Assembly (NCBI GenBank): GCA_002457365.1
Contig: NTKP01000032.1
Location: 1 to 19,273 of the forward strand
Length of the DNA: 19,273 bases
Source of the DNA: Rhodothermaeota bacterium MED-G12
GTDB taxonomy: Bacteria; Bacteroidota; Rhodothermia; Balneolales; Balneolaceae
Reading direction: 5' to 3'
The notes under the pieces are model-generated. The model had not been told where the DNA came from and made no database searches. It was given only the letters and a program-made list of their open reading frames with translations. Below are positions 8,138-15,115 of this stretch, one piece after another. How positions within the stretch are numbered: the stretch's first letter is position 1; the number at the start of each line of letters is the position of its first letter. A program made the translations under genes and the position numbers.

Positions 8138-9444
8138 AATTAGCACTAATTCAACCTCTTATGAGAGTTTCAGCACCTTTGCTACTGCTCTTTTTGATGA
8201 TCGTTCAAGGTGGATGTAGCGAACTATTTAATACCAAAGACAATACAGATACCGACGAAATATTTGACGAGGGTAAGATAGATCCGCGCTTAGAAAACGT
8301 GGATGGTTATGCCCCTGTATTACCATTTTGGGGTGGTTTTGATGCTCCTAATGATGTGCATGTTGGATTTGATGAATTTGTATATGTAACCGATGCCAAT
8401 GGGGTGCACTTATTGGATAGGGCGGACCTATCCCCTCGTGTTACTATAGAACTAGAAGGAGCTGAGGCGGTAACACAGGATAGACTCTTGAATGTGTACG
8501 TAGCAGCTAGGATTGACACCATTATAGAGAGTATTGATCCTACAATCACATGGAATTTACCGGCCGTGTTTAAAATAAAGAACATGAATGGAGCTGGTCC
8601 TGTTACCTTTGTGGACACGCTTATTTTCCCCTTTGATGATGCCAGTTTAAGTACTTCTGCGGCTCAAAATTCACGCTTAAATCGTAGCAGTGGGACCAAT
8701 TACGAAAAAGTGAACATCACAGGTCTCAGCATATTAGCTGATAATACCTTGTATGTCACAAGAACGGGTCCATTCAATGAGACCACTCAAGTTGCGGCGC
8801 CAGACAATACGGTGTTAGAATTTCATCGAATAGTAGAAAACGGCGTTGAAACAGATAAGATGCGCAACGTGCGTCAAATCAGGAGTCTTAGCCCAAATGT
8901 GCCTTCTTTAAGAAGTGCCATAGGCCTTAGCGGAATTGCTACCTTTGTAGCCCCACCACAGCGAGATACCTATAACGATAATCGAAGCTTTTTGATTACA
9001 CAATCACAAGCCAACGTAGACATACCATTTCGAGTTTTATGGATTGATGTAGTAGAGACCGTTGATGGGTTGATTTATCAACAAAATTCACAGCTACTTG
9101 CCCAAGACACCTCACAAGCCAGTGGTTTTCTGTATGAACCTAATAAATTCATGCGCCCTCAAGACGTGGCATTTGGAGGAGATGATGATGCCTTTATTTT
9201 TGTAGTGGATAGTGAGACTCACCGATTATACCAGTTTCAGTCTAATGGTCAAGAAGGCGTCCCCCCACCAGCAGGAGCGGAAGACCAAACTCGTCAAATT
9301 ATGGTGTCTTTTGGTGAGCTAGGGGCAGGTCCTAAACAGTTTAACATGCCTAGTGGTGTGGCATACTTTCGCCGAGTAGTTTATGTAGCCGACAAAGGCA
9401 ATAATCGTATTGCCCGGTATAAATTAACCTCTGATTTCGAATAA
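8134..9444 (+). CDS. Lipoprotein with NHL-repeat / six-bladed beta-propeller-like domain
   Basis: ATGA start/stop overlap with the upstream gene. Signal and lipobox: LLLLFLMIVQGGCSE. NHL-like blades: PSGVAYFRRVVYVADKGNNRIARYKL, PQDVAFGGDDDAFIFVVDSETHRLYQF and PNDVHVGFDEFVYVTDANGVHLLD. Confidence 0.75.
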   Translation: MKLALIQPLMRVSAPLLLLFLMIVQGGCSELFNTKDNTDTDEIFDEGKIDPRLENVDGYAPVLPFWGGFDAPNDVHVGFDEFVYVTDANGVHLLDRADLSPRVTIELEGAEAVTQDRLLNVYVAARIDTIIESIDPTITWNLPAVFKIKNMNGAGPVTFVDTLIFPFDDASLSTSAAQNSRLNRSSGTNYEKVNITGLSILADNTLYVTRTGPFNETTQVAAPDNTVLEFHRIVENGVETDKMRNVRQIRSLSPNVPSLRSAIGLSGIATFVAPPQRDTYNDNRSFLITQSQANVDIPFRVLWIDVVETVDGLIYQQNSQLLAQDTSQASGFLYEPNKFMRPQDVAFGGDDDAFIFVVDSETHRLYQFQSNGQEGVPPPAGAEDQTRQIMVSFGELGAGPKQFNMPSGVAYFRRVVYVADKGNNRIARYKLTSDFE

Positions 9445-9448
9445 AACT

Positions 9449-10741
9449 ATGCGAGATAGACGTATACATGAATCCGGGAAGTATATGTTTTCGGTTGGAG
9501 TGTATCTCTTGATTTCGCTCCTTTTGGTGACTTGCTCAACCCAAAGTTCTGGCGACCTTTCGCAGCAAGAATTAGTACAGGCGCGCAGTAAAGTTTTACT
9601 TATTTCATTTGATGGTTTCCGGGCAGATTACTTAAGCTCAGAACACACTCCATTTCTGCAGGAATTATCCAAGAATGGAGCCCGCTCAGAAGGGCTCATT
9701 CCTGTATTCCCATCCAAAACGTTTCCTAATCATTATGCTATTGCCGTGGGCTTATATCCGGAAAATAACGGGATTATTGGGAACTCGATGGTAGATACTG
9801 TCATGGGTAAAAGCTACAGTTTGGGCGATCGAGAGCAGGTAGAAAATCCGAATTGGTACGAAGGAGAGCCTATCTGGAATACGGCTGAAAAACAAGGTGT
9901 ACGCGCTGGAACTATGTTTTGGGTAGGTTCAGAGGCCCCCATACAAGATATGCGCCCAACCCATTGGAAAAGCTACGACGGGACACTGCCCGATAGTGCG
10001 CGTATCGATATGGTCCTAGCTTGGTTGGGTTCAGATTCATCATCTGAAGTTGATTTTGCCACGGTGTACTTTAGTTTTTTGGATAGTCAAGGACATCGCT
10101 ACGGTACAGATGCCCCCCAAACCATAAAAGCATTGCAGCGGGTTGATACACTCATGAGCTATCTCATGCAGCAATTAGCCTCAAAAGGCTTAGATCAAGA
10201 GACGAATATTGTATTGGTTTCTGATCATGGCATGCACAATGTTTCTAGAGAGCGGGTGGTACGCTTAGATAGCTTTATTGACATCGACCGTGTGCGTTGG
10301 ATTAGTGGATCTCCCTCAGTGACCCTGAATATAGACCCTTCATATCGCATGCAGGCGTATCAAGAACTACGAAAAGCTCAAGAAAATGGAGCTCCTTTTA
10401 ATGTATATATGAAACAAGATATACCAGAGCGTTTCCGCTATAAGAATCATGATCGAACGCCAGATTTATTGCTATTGGCTAACTTGGGATACACCATTAC
10501 CACCACAGACCGTTTAGACTCTCGGCCCAATTTCCCATCGGGTGGAGCGCACGGCTATGATCCTACCCATCCAGAAATGCATGCCGTATTTATGGCTATA
10601 GGACCAGATATTGTTCCTGGCAGCGTGCTTCCTCCTTTTGAAGTAGTGCATGTGTACGAATTACTGACCCACCTACTAGGTATAGCACCCGCTCCCAATG
10701 ACGGCAACCTCGAAACGTTTGAGGGAATTCTTTACGATTAA
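9449..10741 (+). CDS. Ectonucleotide pyrophosphatase/phosphodiesterase (NPP family, alkaline-phosphatase superfamily), probably a lipoprotein
   Basis: LLISFDGFRADYL. FPSKTFPNHYAIAVGLYPENNGIIGN contains the catalytic Thr in TFPNH. Metal-ligand motifs are LDSQGHRYG, VSDHGM and GGAHGYD. The N-terminus YLLISLLLVTCS suggests a lipobox, and the alternative start Met13 is at 9485. It starts 4 nt after the NHL gene. Confidence 0.9.
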   Translation: MRDRRIHESGKYMFSVGVYLLISLLLVTCSTQSSGDLSQQELVQARSKVLLISFDGFRADYLSSEHTPFLQELSKNGARSEGLIPVFPSKTFPNHYAIAVGLYPENNGIIGNSMVDTVMGKSYSLGDREQVENPNWYEGEPIWNTAEKQGVRAGTMFWVGSEAPIQDMRPTHWKSYDGTLPDSARIDMVLAWLGSDSSSEVDFATVYFSFLDSQGHRYGTDAPQTIKALQRVDTLMSYLMQQLASKGLDQETNIVLVSDHGMHNVSRERVVRLDSFIDIDRVRWISGSPSVTLNIDPSYRMQAYQELRKAQENGAPFNVYMKQDIPERFRYKNHDRTPDLLLLANLGYTITTTDRLDSRPNFPSGGAHGYDPTHPEMHAVFMAIGPDIVPGSVLPPFEVVHVYELLTHLLGIAPAPNDGNLETFEGILYD

Positions 10742-10797
10742 ATAAAGTTATCTTATTGTGTCACAGAACGTTGTGTACTTTGGCACGGTATATCCGC

Positions 10798-10825
10798 TAT
10801 AATTTGGATTGCATCTAATCAAATT
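10798..10825 (+). promoter_or_regulatory. Possible fdxA promoter -10 (TATAAT) overlapping an imperfect palindrome
   Basis: TATAAT lies at 10798-10803, about 74 nt upstream of ATG 10877. AATTTGGATT-gcatct-AATCAAATT (10801-10825) is a 9/10 inverted repeat with one bulged G. I found no good -35 element at 17-bp spacing. Confidence 0.25.
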
Positions 10826-10876
10826 CGGGCGCATATTTTATCTTAATTCAAGAATAACTCACTCTATTTTCACGCC

Positions 10877-11212
10877 ATGCCTTACGTTGTTACAGAACCA
10901 TGTATTAAATGTAAATACACCAACTGCGCGGCAGTTTGCCCGGTTGACGCTTTTCGAGAAGGGCCTAATTTTTTGGTCATAGATCCTAATGAGTGCATTG
11001 ACTGTGATGCATGTGTATCCGAATGCCCTGTTGAGGCTATTTATCCCGATGATGAGGTGCCTGATAAATGGGAACATTTTATTGACTTGAACGAACGCCT
11101 TGCCGAAGCATGGGAAGACAATGTCATCAACGAAACCAAGGATGCATTGCCTGAAGCAGATGAATGGGCAAGTAAAGAGGGCAAAGAAGATCAACTTCAA
11201 GAAGAGTGGTAA
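10877..11212 (+). CDS. fdxA: 7Fe ([3Fe-4S][4Fe-4S]) ferredoxin, Azotobacter FdI type
   Basis: [62 protein letters not shown]. The Cys pattern is C8-x2-C11-x4-C16-x3-C20-P and C39-x2-C42-x2-C45-x3-C49-P, followed by the typical [12 protein letters not shown] tail. Confidence 0.93.
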   Translation: MPYVVTEPCIKCKYTNCAAVCPVDAFREGPNFLVIDPNECIDCDACVSECPVEAIYPDDEVPDKWEHFIDLNERLAEAWEDNVINETKDALPEADEWASKEGKEDQLQEEW

Positions 11213-11257
11213 AGCTACTGGGTAGGGTAGTTTTATATCCATCACCCTGCTAAATCC

Positions 11258-12097
11258 ATGTTAGCACTCGCCCCGTTTTTTGCAAAAGAACGTCCCTCCA
11301 TTATGGGAGTACTTAATGCTACTCCCGATTCCTTTAGCGACGGAGGACAGTTCAATCGGGTTAGTGCAGCTCTTCATCGTATTGACGAAATGATTGAGCA
11401 AGGCGCTTCGATCATTGACATAGGTGGAGAATCTACCCGACCATACGCCCCTGCTGTTGAAGAATCAGAGGAAATTCGCAGGGTTATTCCCATTTTACAA
11501 AACGCAGTACCCCGTTTTTCCGATCAAGTCCTCTTTTCTATTGATACCACTAAATACGGGGTAGCAGAGCAGGCCTTAGATGCGGGTGCGCTCATCATAA
11601 ATGATGTCAGTGGGCTTCAAAAGTCCCCAGCAATGGCAGGCTTAGCGGCATCGTTTAATGCGGCATTTATTCTAATGCACGCCCAAGGAAGTCCCCAGGA
11701 TATGCAAGACAATCCGAGTTATACGCATGCCGTCACAGATATCGTTGATTTTTTAGTACAGCAAAGCGTGCTCTTGCAGCGGGAAGGAGTAGAACATATT
11801 ATTGTGGATCCAGGCATAGGCTTTGGAAAAAGTCTGGATCACAATCTGCAGATTATTGCAGGGCTTGACAAAGTGGTAGAAATTGGCTTTCCTGTATTGT
11901 TAGGTGCCTCTCGGAAATCTATGTTTGGTCAGCTGTTAGACGATCGTGGAGTGGAAGGACGATTGGCAGGAACACTAGCGGCACATTATCATGGATTAAT
12001 GCAGGGAGTGCGTATATTGCGTGTGCATGATGTGCAAGAAGCTAGTGATAGTGTACGAGTGTTTGAAGCTTTACAAGCGGCTAAACAACCAGAATAG
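11258..12097 (+). CDS. folP: Dihydropteroate synthase
   Basis: IMGVLNATPDSFSDGG, IIDIGGESTRP, IINDVSG, DPGIGFGK, LLGASRKS and RVHDV are all pterin-binding-domain signatures. Confidence 0.95.
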   Translation: MLALAPFFAKERPSIMGVLNATPDSFSDGGQFNRVSAALHRIDEMIEQGASIIDIGGESTRPYAPAVEESEEIRRVIPILQNAVPRFSDQVLFSIDTTKYGVAEQALDAGALIINDVSGLQKSPAMAGLAASFNAAFILMHAQGSPQDMQDNPSYTHAVTDIVDFLVQQSVLLQREGVEHIIVDPGIGFGKSLDHNLQIIAGLDKVVEIGFPVLLGASRKSMFGQLLDDRGVEGRLAGTLAAHYHGLMQGVRILRVHDVQEASDSVRVFEALQAAKQPE

Positions 12098-12194
12098 AAT
12101 CTTAGCTTTTGTATAGATACTTTTAGGCCACATATTAGTTGGTTAGACGAACCTATGACACACGCTATTATAAAACGTAAATTACTCTTTTGAA

Positions 12195-13010
12195 TTGAAT
12201 CCTCTAGGCTTTCTCGATTTTGGATTATTGGATTTTCTAGAGACACTAATTATTGCAGGTGCTTTAGTTGGTGTCTACCGTTGGATCCGTGGAACCTACG
12301 CCATTCGCGCAGGTGTGGGTATTTTATTTCTTTTGCTTATCAATTTTATTATTCGATTATTTGGATTCACTACGATTGATTTTATTTTAAGCGCCATTCT
12401 TGATGTAGGTATTTTAGCTGTATTTATCATATTTCAACCAGAAATAAGAGGGCTTTTATACCGAATAGGTCAGAATCCTTCTATTCGATTATTTGGTGGT
12501 AAGTCCAGCACGGAGCAGGTTATTGATGAGGTTATAAATGCGGTTAAGCATATGTCAACTGAGTATATCGGTGCCCTTATTGTTTTTGCTCCTCCTTCTG
12601 GTGCCTTGAATTATGACAATACAGGGACGCAACTCGATTCGGTAGTAAAACAAAAATTATTGGTGAGTATCTTTAGAAAAGAATCTCCATTGCACGATGG
12701 CGCCGTTATTATTCGTAATAACCGGATTACTGCAGCAGGTTGTTTCCTGTCTTTGTCCGAAAATCCTAATTTAAGTAAATCTCTAGGTACTCGTCACCGA
12801 GCAGCAATTGGTATGTCCGAAAATAACAACATGTTTGTTATTGTCGTCTCAGAAGAAACCGGCCGTATATCGGTAGCTCAAAACGGTAATTTAAACAGTG
12901 GACTTAGTATTCAACGTCTCCGTAAAGAAATGGAGAGTAGTTTTTCTTTGACTAAGTTTAAAGAAGAAGTAGCCTTTTCAGCCCCGCAAACGGAAATGAA
13001 TCTGAAATAA
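12195..13010 (+). CDS. cdaA: Membrane-anchored diadenylate cyclase (c-di-AMP synthase, CdaA/DacA type)
   Basis: Three N-terminal TM helices end in FQPEIRGLL. The DAC domain reads GALIVF...PLHDGAVIIRNNRITAAGCFLSLS...LGTRHRAAIGMSE...FVIVVSEETGRISVA. No in-frame ATG lies upstream of the conserved N-terminus, so a TTG start is inferred (12195, or alternatively 12228). Confidence 0.9.
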   Translation: MNPLGFLDFGLLDFLETLIIAGALVGVYRWIRGTYAIRAGVGILFLLLINFIIRLFGFTTIDFILSAILDVGILAVFIIFQPEIRGLLYRIGQNPSIRLFGGKSSTEQVIDEVINAVKHMSTEYIGALIVFAPPSGALNYDNTGTQLDSVVKQKLLVSIFRKESPLHDGAVIIRNNRITAAGCFLSLSENPNLSKSLGTRHRAAIGMSENNNMFVIVVSEETGRISVAQNGNLNSGLSIQRLRKEMESSFSLTKFKEEVAFSAPQTEMNLK

Positions 13011-13042
13011 TTTGGGGCCTGCTAACCGGCATCGGGTTGTAA

Positions 13043-14386
13043 TTACCCAGAGTTTCGTTCTAAGAAATGAGTATTTCCCTGTACTCTATATAGACTTCGA
13101 GCGGTCGTAACGGTGCCTTTTCCATAGCGATTATTGATACGATCAATGGCTTGATAACGCTGAGTATGTTCGGCTTCGTCCCGAAAAAATAGATTCATTT
13201 GGCTGGTTTTATCCATGTCTTGAGTGCTTATCATTAGACTACGAATGGCCATTTTTCGCTGGCAAAAAGAGTCAATGAGTTCAGCTAATTCTCTCATGCA
13301 CGCGTCATACACATACTTGGTTATGTGAGTAAAACTAGGGGTTACAAAACGGAACCCTATGCTAGGATAGTCATTTTTGTCAAAACCAATATGCCCACCA
13401 AAGCTACTCGAACGTATGCCGTAGGCCCGCATTCGGTAGCAGATCATTTCGATTCCAATGGCTAGTTCACCTTTGATAGCTTCTGGGTCAGTACTTCCTT
13501 CGGAAAATGTATGCCCATAACTGACGCCCCATTTAGGTGAATATTCATGATTTTCCTCGAGTATTCGGCCTTGATCCTGGCCGGTAATCGTTTCAAAAAG
13601 CATACGCCCAAAATGGGGTCCAAATAGACGAACAAAGGTGTTGGGCTCATTATGGTTTACCACATCTCGTATGCGCTCATATCCTTCTGCTAGGAGATGC
13701 TCATAACGCCTTCGCCCTACCCCCCATACTTCGTTGAGCGGTAATGGGTGTATATACATTCGTTCATCTTCCTTGCTTAGAATAAGAGAAATACCGCGGG
13801 GCTTATCCAAGCCACTGGCAAGCTTAGCATAGGTTTTGGATCGAGCAATTCCAATAGATCCATACAGTCCCGTGGTTTCCACGATATCGCGTTGCAGTTG
13901 TTGCGCAAAGGTCCGGATTTGAGGTTCTTCTTTGCCCAAAAGAAAACTTGCGTCCATAAAATATTCATCCATCGAATAGCGCTCTATTTGGTGTGAGTAG
14001 CGATTCATAATATGATGTACCTGTGTTGATATAGCGGTATAGCTAGCGTAGTCTACCTGAAGCATGCATACGTAGGGGCATCGCTTGTAAGCTTCATAGG
14101 CACTCATTCCTGTTTTAATCCCCATCGAACGTGCTTCATAAGAAGAAGTGGCTACAATGCCTTTAACGGTTCCATTTTCTTTTCTCCACCCACCCACAAT
14201 GAGGGGGATTCCGTACATATTCTTTCGGAGTTGCTCTACTTGTGCGTAAAAACAGGCAAAGTCGAAATGCAAATATAAGCGGTCCTGTCGGTGTCGGTGT
14301 TGGTGTTCTGGGTATACCGTATTGTAGAGCGTAATACGATGTACATCTTGTTCGGCTTGATACGAATAGTCATTTTTTTTTGGCAT
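13043..14386 (-). CDS. dinB: Y-family DNA polymerase (DinB/Pol IV-like) with a ~34-aa His/Gln/Arg-rich N-terminal extension
   Basis: The palm motifs look intact: LYLHFDFACFYAQVEQ (first catalytic Asp at residue 42) and ERYSMDEYFMD (the D-E pair). Also present are GIVATSSYEARSMGIKTGM, SIGIARSKTYAKLAS..KP, VWGVGRR, and a little-finger region with the QMNLFF...IDRINNRYG tail. The only possible start is ATG at 14386. Confidence 0.9.
   Translation of the reverse strand: MPKKNDYSYQAEQDVHRITLYNTVYPEHQHRHRQDRLYLHFDFACFYAQVEQLRKNMYGIPLIVGGWRKENGTVKGIVATSSYEARSMGIKTGMSAYEAYKRCPYVCMLQVDYASYTAISTQVHHIMNRYSHQIERYSMDEYFMDASFLLGKEEPQIRTFAQQLQRDIVETTGLYGSIGIARSKTYAKLASGLDKPRGISLILSKEDERMYIHPLPLNEVWGVGRRRYEHLLAEGYERIRDVVNHNEPNTFVRLFGPHFGRMLFETITGQDQGRILEENHEYSPKWGVSYGHTFSEGSTDPEAIKGELAIGIEMICYRMRAYGIRSSSFGGHIGFDKNDYPSIGFRFVTPSFTHITKYVYDACMRELAELIDSFCQRKMAIRSLMISTQDMDKTSQMNLFFRDEAEHTQRYQAIDRINNRYGKGTVTTARSLYRVQGNTHFLERNSG
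14288..14305 (-). repeat. In-frame hexanucleotide tandem repeat (CACCAA CACCGA CACCGA) encoding HQHRHR in the polymerase N-terminal extension
   Basis: The plus strand reads TCGGTG TCGGTG TTGGTG at 14288-14305, which is codons 28-33 (H-Q-H-R-H-R) of the minus-strand CDS. Confidence 0.85.
14373..14381 (-). repeat. A9 homopolymer in codons 2-5 of the polymerase gene
   Basis: The plus strand has T x9 at 14373-14381. The coding strand reads ATG CCA AAA AAA AAT (M P K K N). Confidence 0.9.
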
Positions 14387-14432
14387 AAATTACTCCGCTA
14401 TTGATATGTACAATATATGTGTGTAATTTAAA

Positions 14433-14455
14433 ATGACCAAACAAATATTGGTCAT
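14433..14455 (+). promoter_or_regulatory. Perfect 8-bp inverted repeat ATGACCAA-N7-TTGGTCAT spanning both candidate start codons of the orphan gene
   Basis: ATGACCAA lies at 14433-14440, the spacer ACAAATA follows, and TTGGTCAT lies at 14448-14455. The left arm contains ATG 14433 and the right arm overlaps the in-frame ATG 14454. It could be an operator or an mRNA hairpin that occludes initiation. Confidence 0.4.
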
Positions 14456-15095
14456 GAATAACTTTCCCCTTGTCGAAATGCTTGCTTTTTTTCCCCGCTA
14501 TTCAGAGGTGCACACTTTTGATTGGAGGCGCCGCTATGTGCGGCAGGTACGTCATATTAGATCCTGCCACACTAAGACGCTAGGTGGGGTGCGATATTCA
14601 TTTTTTAGCATTGTAACTCAGCAGGGTGAAGCTATGGATGTGCGCTTTAATCACGATGAATTACTTTGGGACATAGTAGCGCTGCCTGGATCTGAGTTAG
14701 CTATACATAGCGAAGATGGCTCGCATTTTGTTATTGACCGAATACTGGTGCACCAACAGCGGCATAAGCATCAGCCTTCTCTGGCGCATCGTATGCGCCC
14801 CATCCGGTTTGAGTGGCTTCCTCACGCCCAATGCGCGAGGCAGAGCCCTATTGAATACGCCAAGGTAGACCGCATGCATCCGTATCGTTTTTTAAAAGGA
14901 AAAAATAGCTCTTATCAGGTTCATAGGATAGAAACGCGTCATCTAGAAGATGTTATGGTCACCCGGCATTTCCATTATGTTATTGAGGATACCGAGCGGA
15001 GATTCTATCATGTAGTATACATATTGGATCAGGGAGATTGGCGGTTTATACAAGAAGTAGATGAACAGTTCTTATTTCATCGGTCTAGTCCGTGA
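14433..15095 (+). CDS. Hypothetical His/Arg-rich protein with two tandem modules resembling the ImuB C-terminal (ImuB-C / DUF6504-like) domain
   Basis: It is the only long ORF in a 730-nt space, with no competing frame. It has 18 His in 220 aa. Internal duplication: aa 29-84 (FDWRRRYVRQVRHI...VRYSFFSIVTQQGEAMDVRFNHDELLWDIV) against aa 151-208 (YRFLKGKNSSYQVHRI...TRHFHYVIEDTERRFYHVVYILDQGDWRFIQ). The alternative start is ATG 14454. Function is unknown. Confidence 0.6.
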   Translation: MTKQILVMNNFPLVEMLAFFPRYSEVHTFDWRRRYVRQVRHIRSCHTKTLGGVRYSFFSIVTQQGEAMDVRFNHDELLWDIVALPGSELAIHSEDGSHFVIDRILVHQQRHKHQPSLAHRMRPIRFEWLPHAQCARQSPIEYAKVDRMHPYRFLKGKNSSYQVHRIETRHLEDVMVTRHFHYVIEDTERRFYHVVYILDQGDWRFIQEVDEQFLFHRSSP

Positions 15096-15115
15096 AAATG
15101 GGCTAAATAATATAA

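Noticed and set aside
2864-8618. Antisense or nested ORFs at 2864-3190(-), 4092-4355(-), 5593-5940(-), 7224-7409(+) and 8307-8618(-), plus 1701-1883(+) further left
   Set aside because: Each lies wholly inside a much longer CDS with strong family signatures. They are short (60-115 aa), low in complexity, and show no signal of independent coding.
10781-10796. Sigma-54-like TGGCACG element upstream of fdxA
   Set aside because: The -24 half (TGGCAC) matches. At the required spacing, the -12 element reads ATCC instead of TTGC, so only 2 of 4 positions match. That is not enough for a call.
10859-11245. 128-aa minus-strand ORF covering the whole ferredoxin locus
   Set aside because: It is exactly antisense to a near-textbook 7Fe ferredoxin (fdxA). 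Its sequence has no recognisable motifs and looks like a shadow ORF.
11989-12246. 85-aa minus-strand ORF bridging the folP 3' end and the cdaA 5' end
   Set aside because: It overlaps two confidently assigned plus-strand genes and has no recognisable features. It is most likely spurious.
13011-13042. Possible bidirectional terminator between the convergent cdaA and polymerase genes
   Set aside because: The only stem is weak and bulged (AACCG-gcat-CGGGTT), and neither strand has a U-rich tail.
13043-14386. The Y-family gene as a catalytically dead ImuB
   Set aside because: The catalytic Asp (HFDFACF) and the D-E pair (SMDEYF) are present, and there is no fused ImuB-type C-terminal domain. It is called an active DinB-like polymerase instead.
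13462-14879. Short ORFs 13462-13650(-), 13777-13968(-) and 14697-14879(-)
   Set aside because: The first two are out-of-frame ORFs nested in the Y-family polymerase gene on the same strand. The third is antisense to the 220-aa orphan. None has motifs or an independent context.
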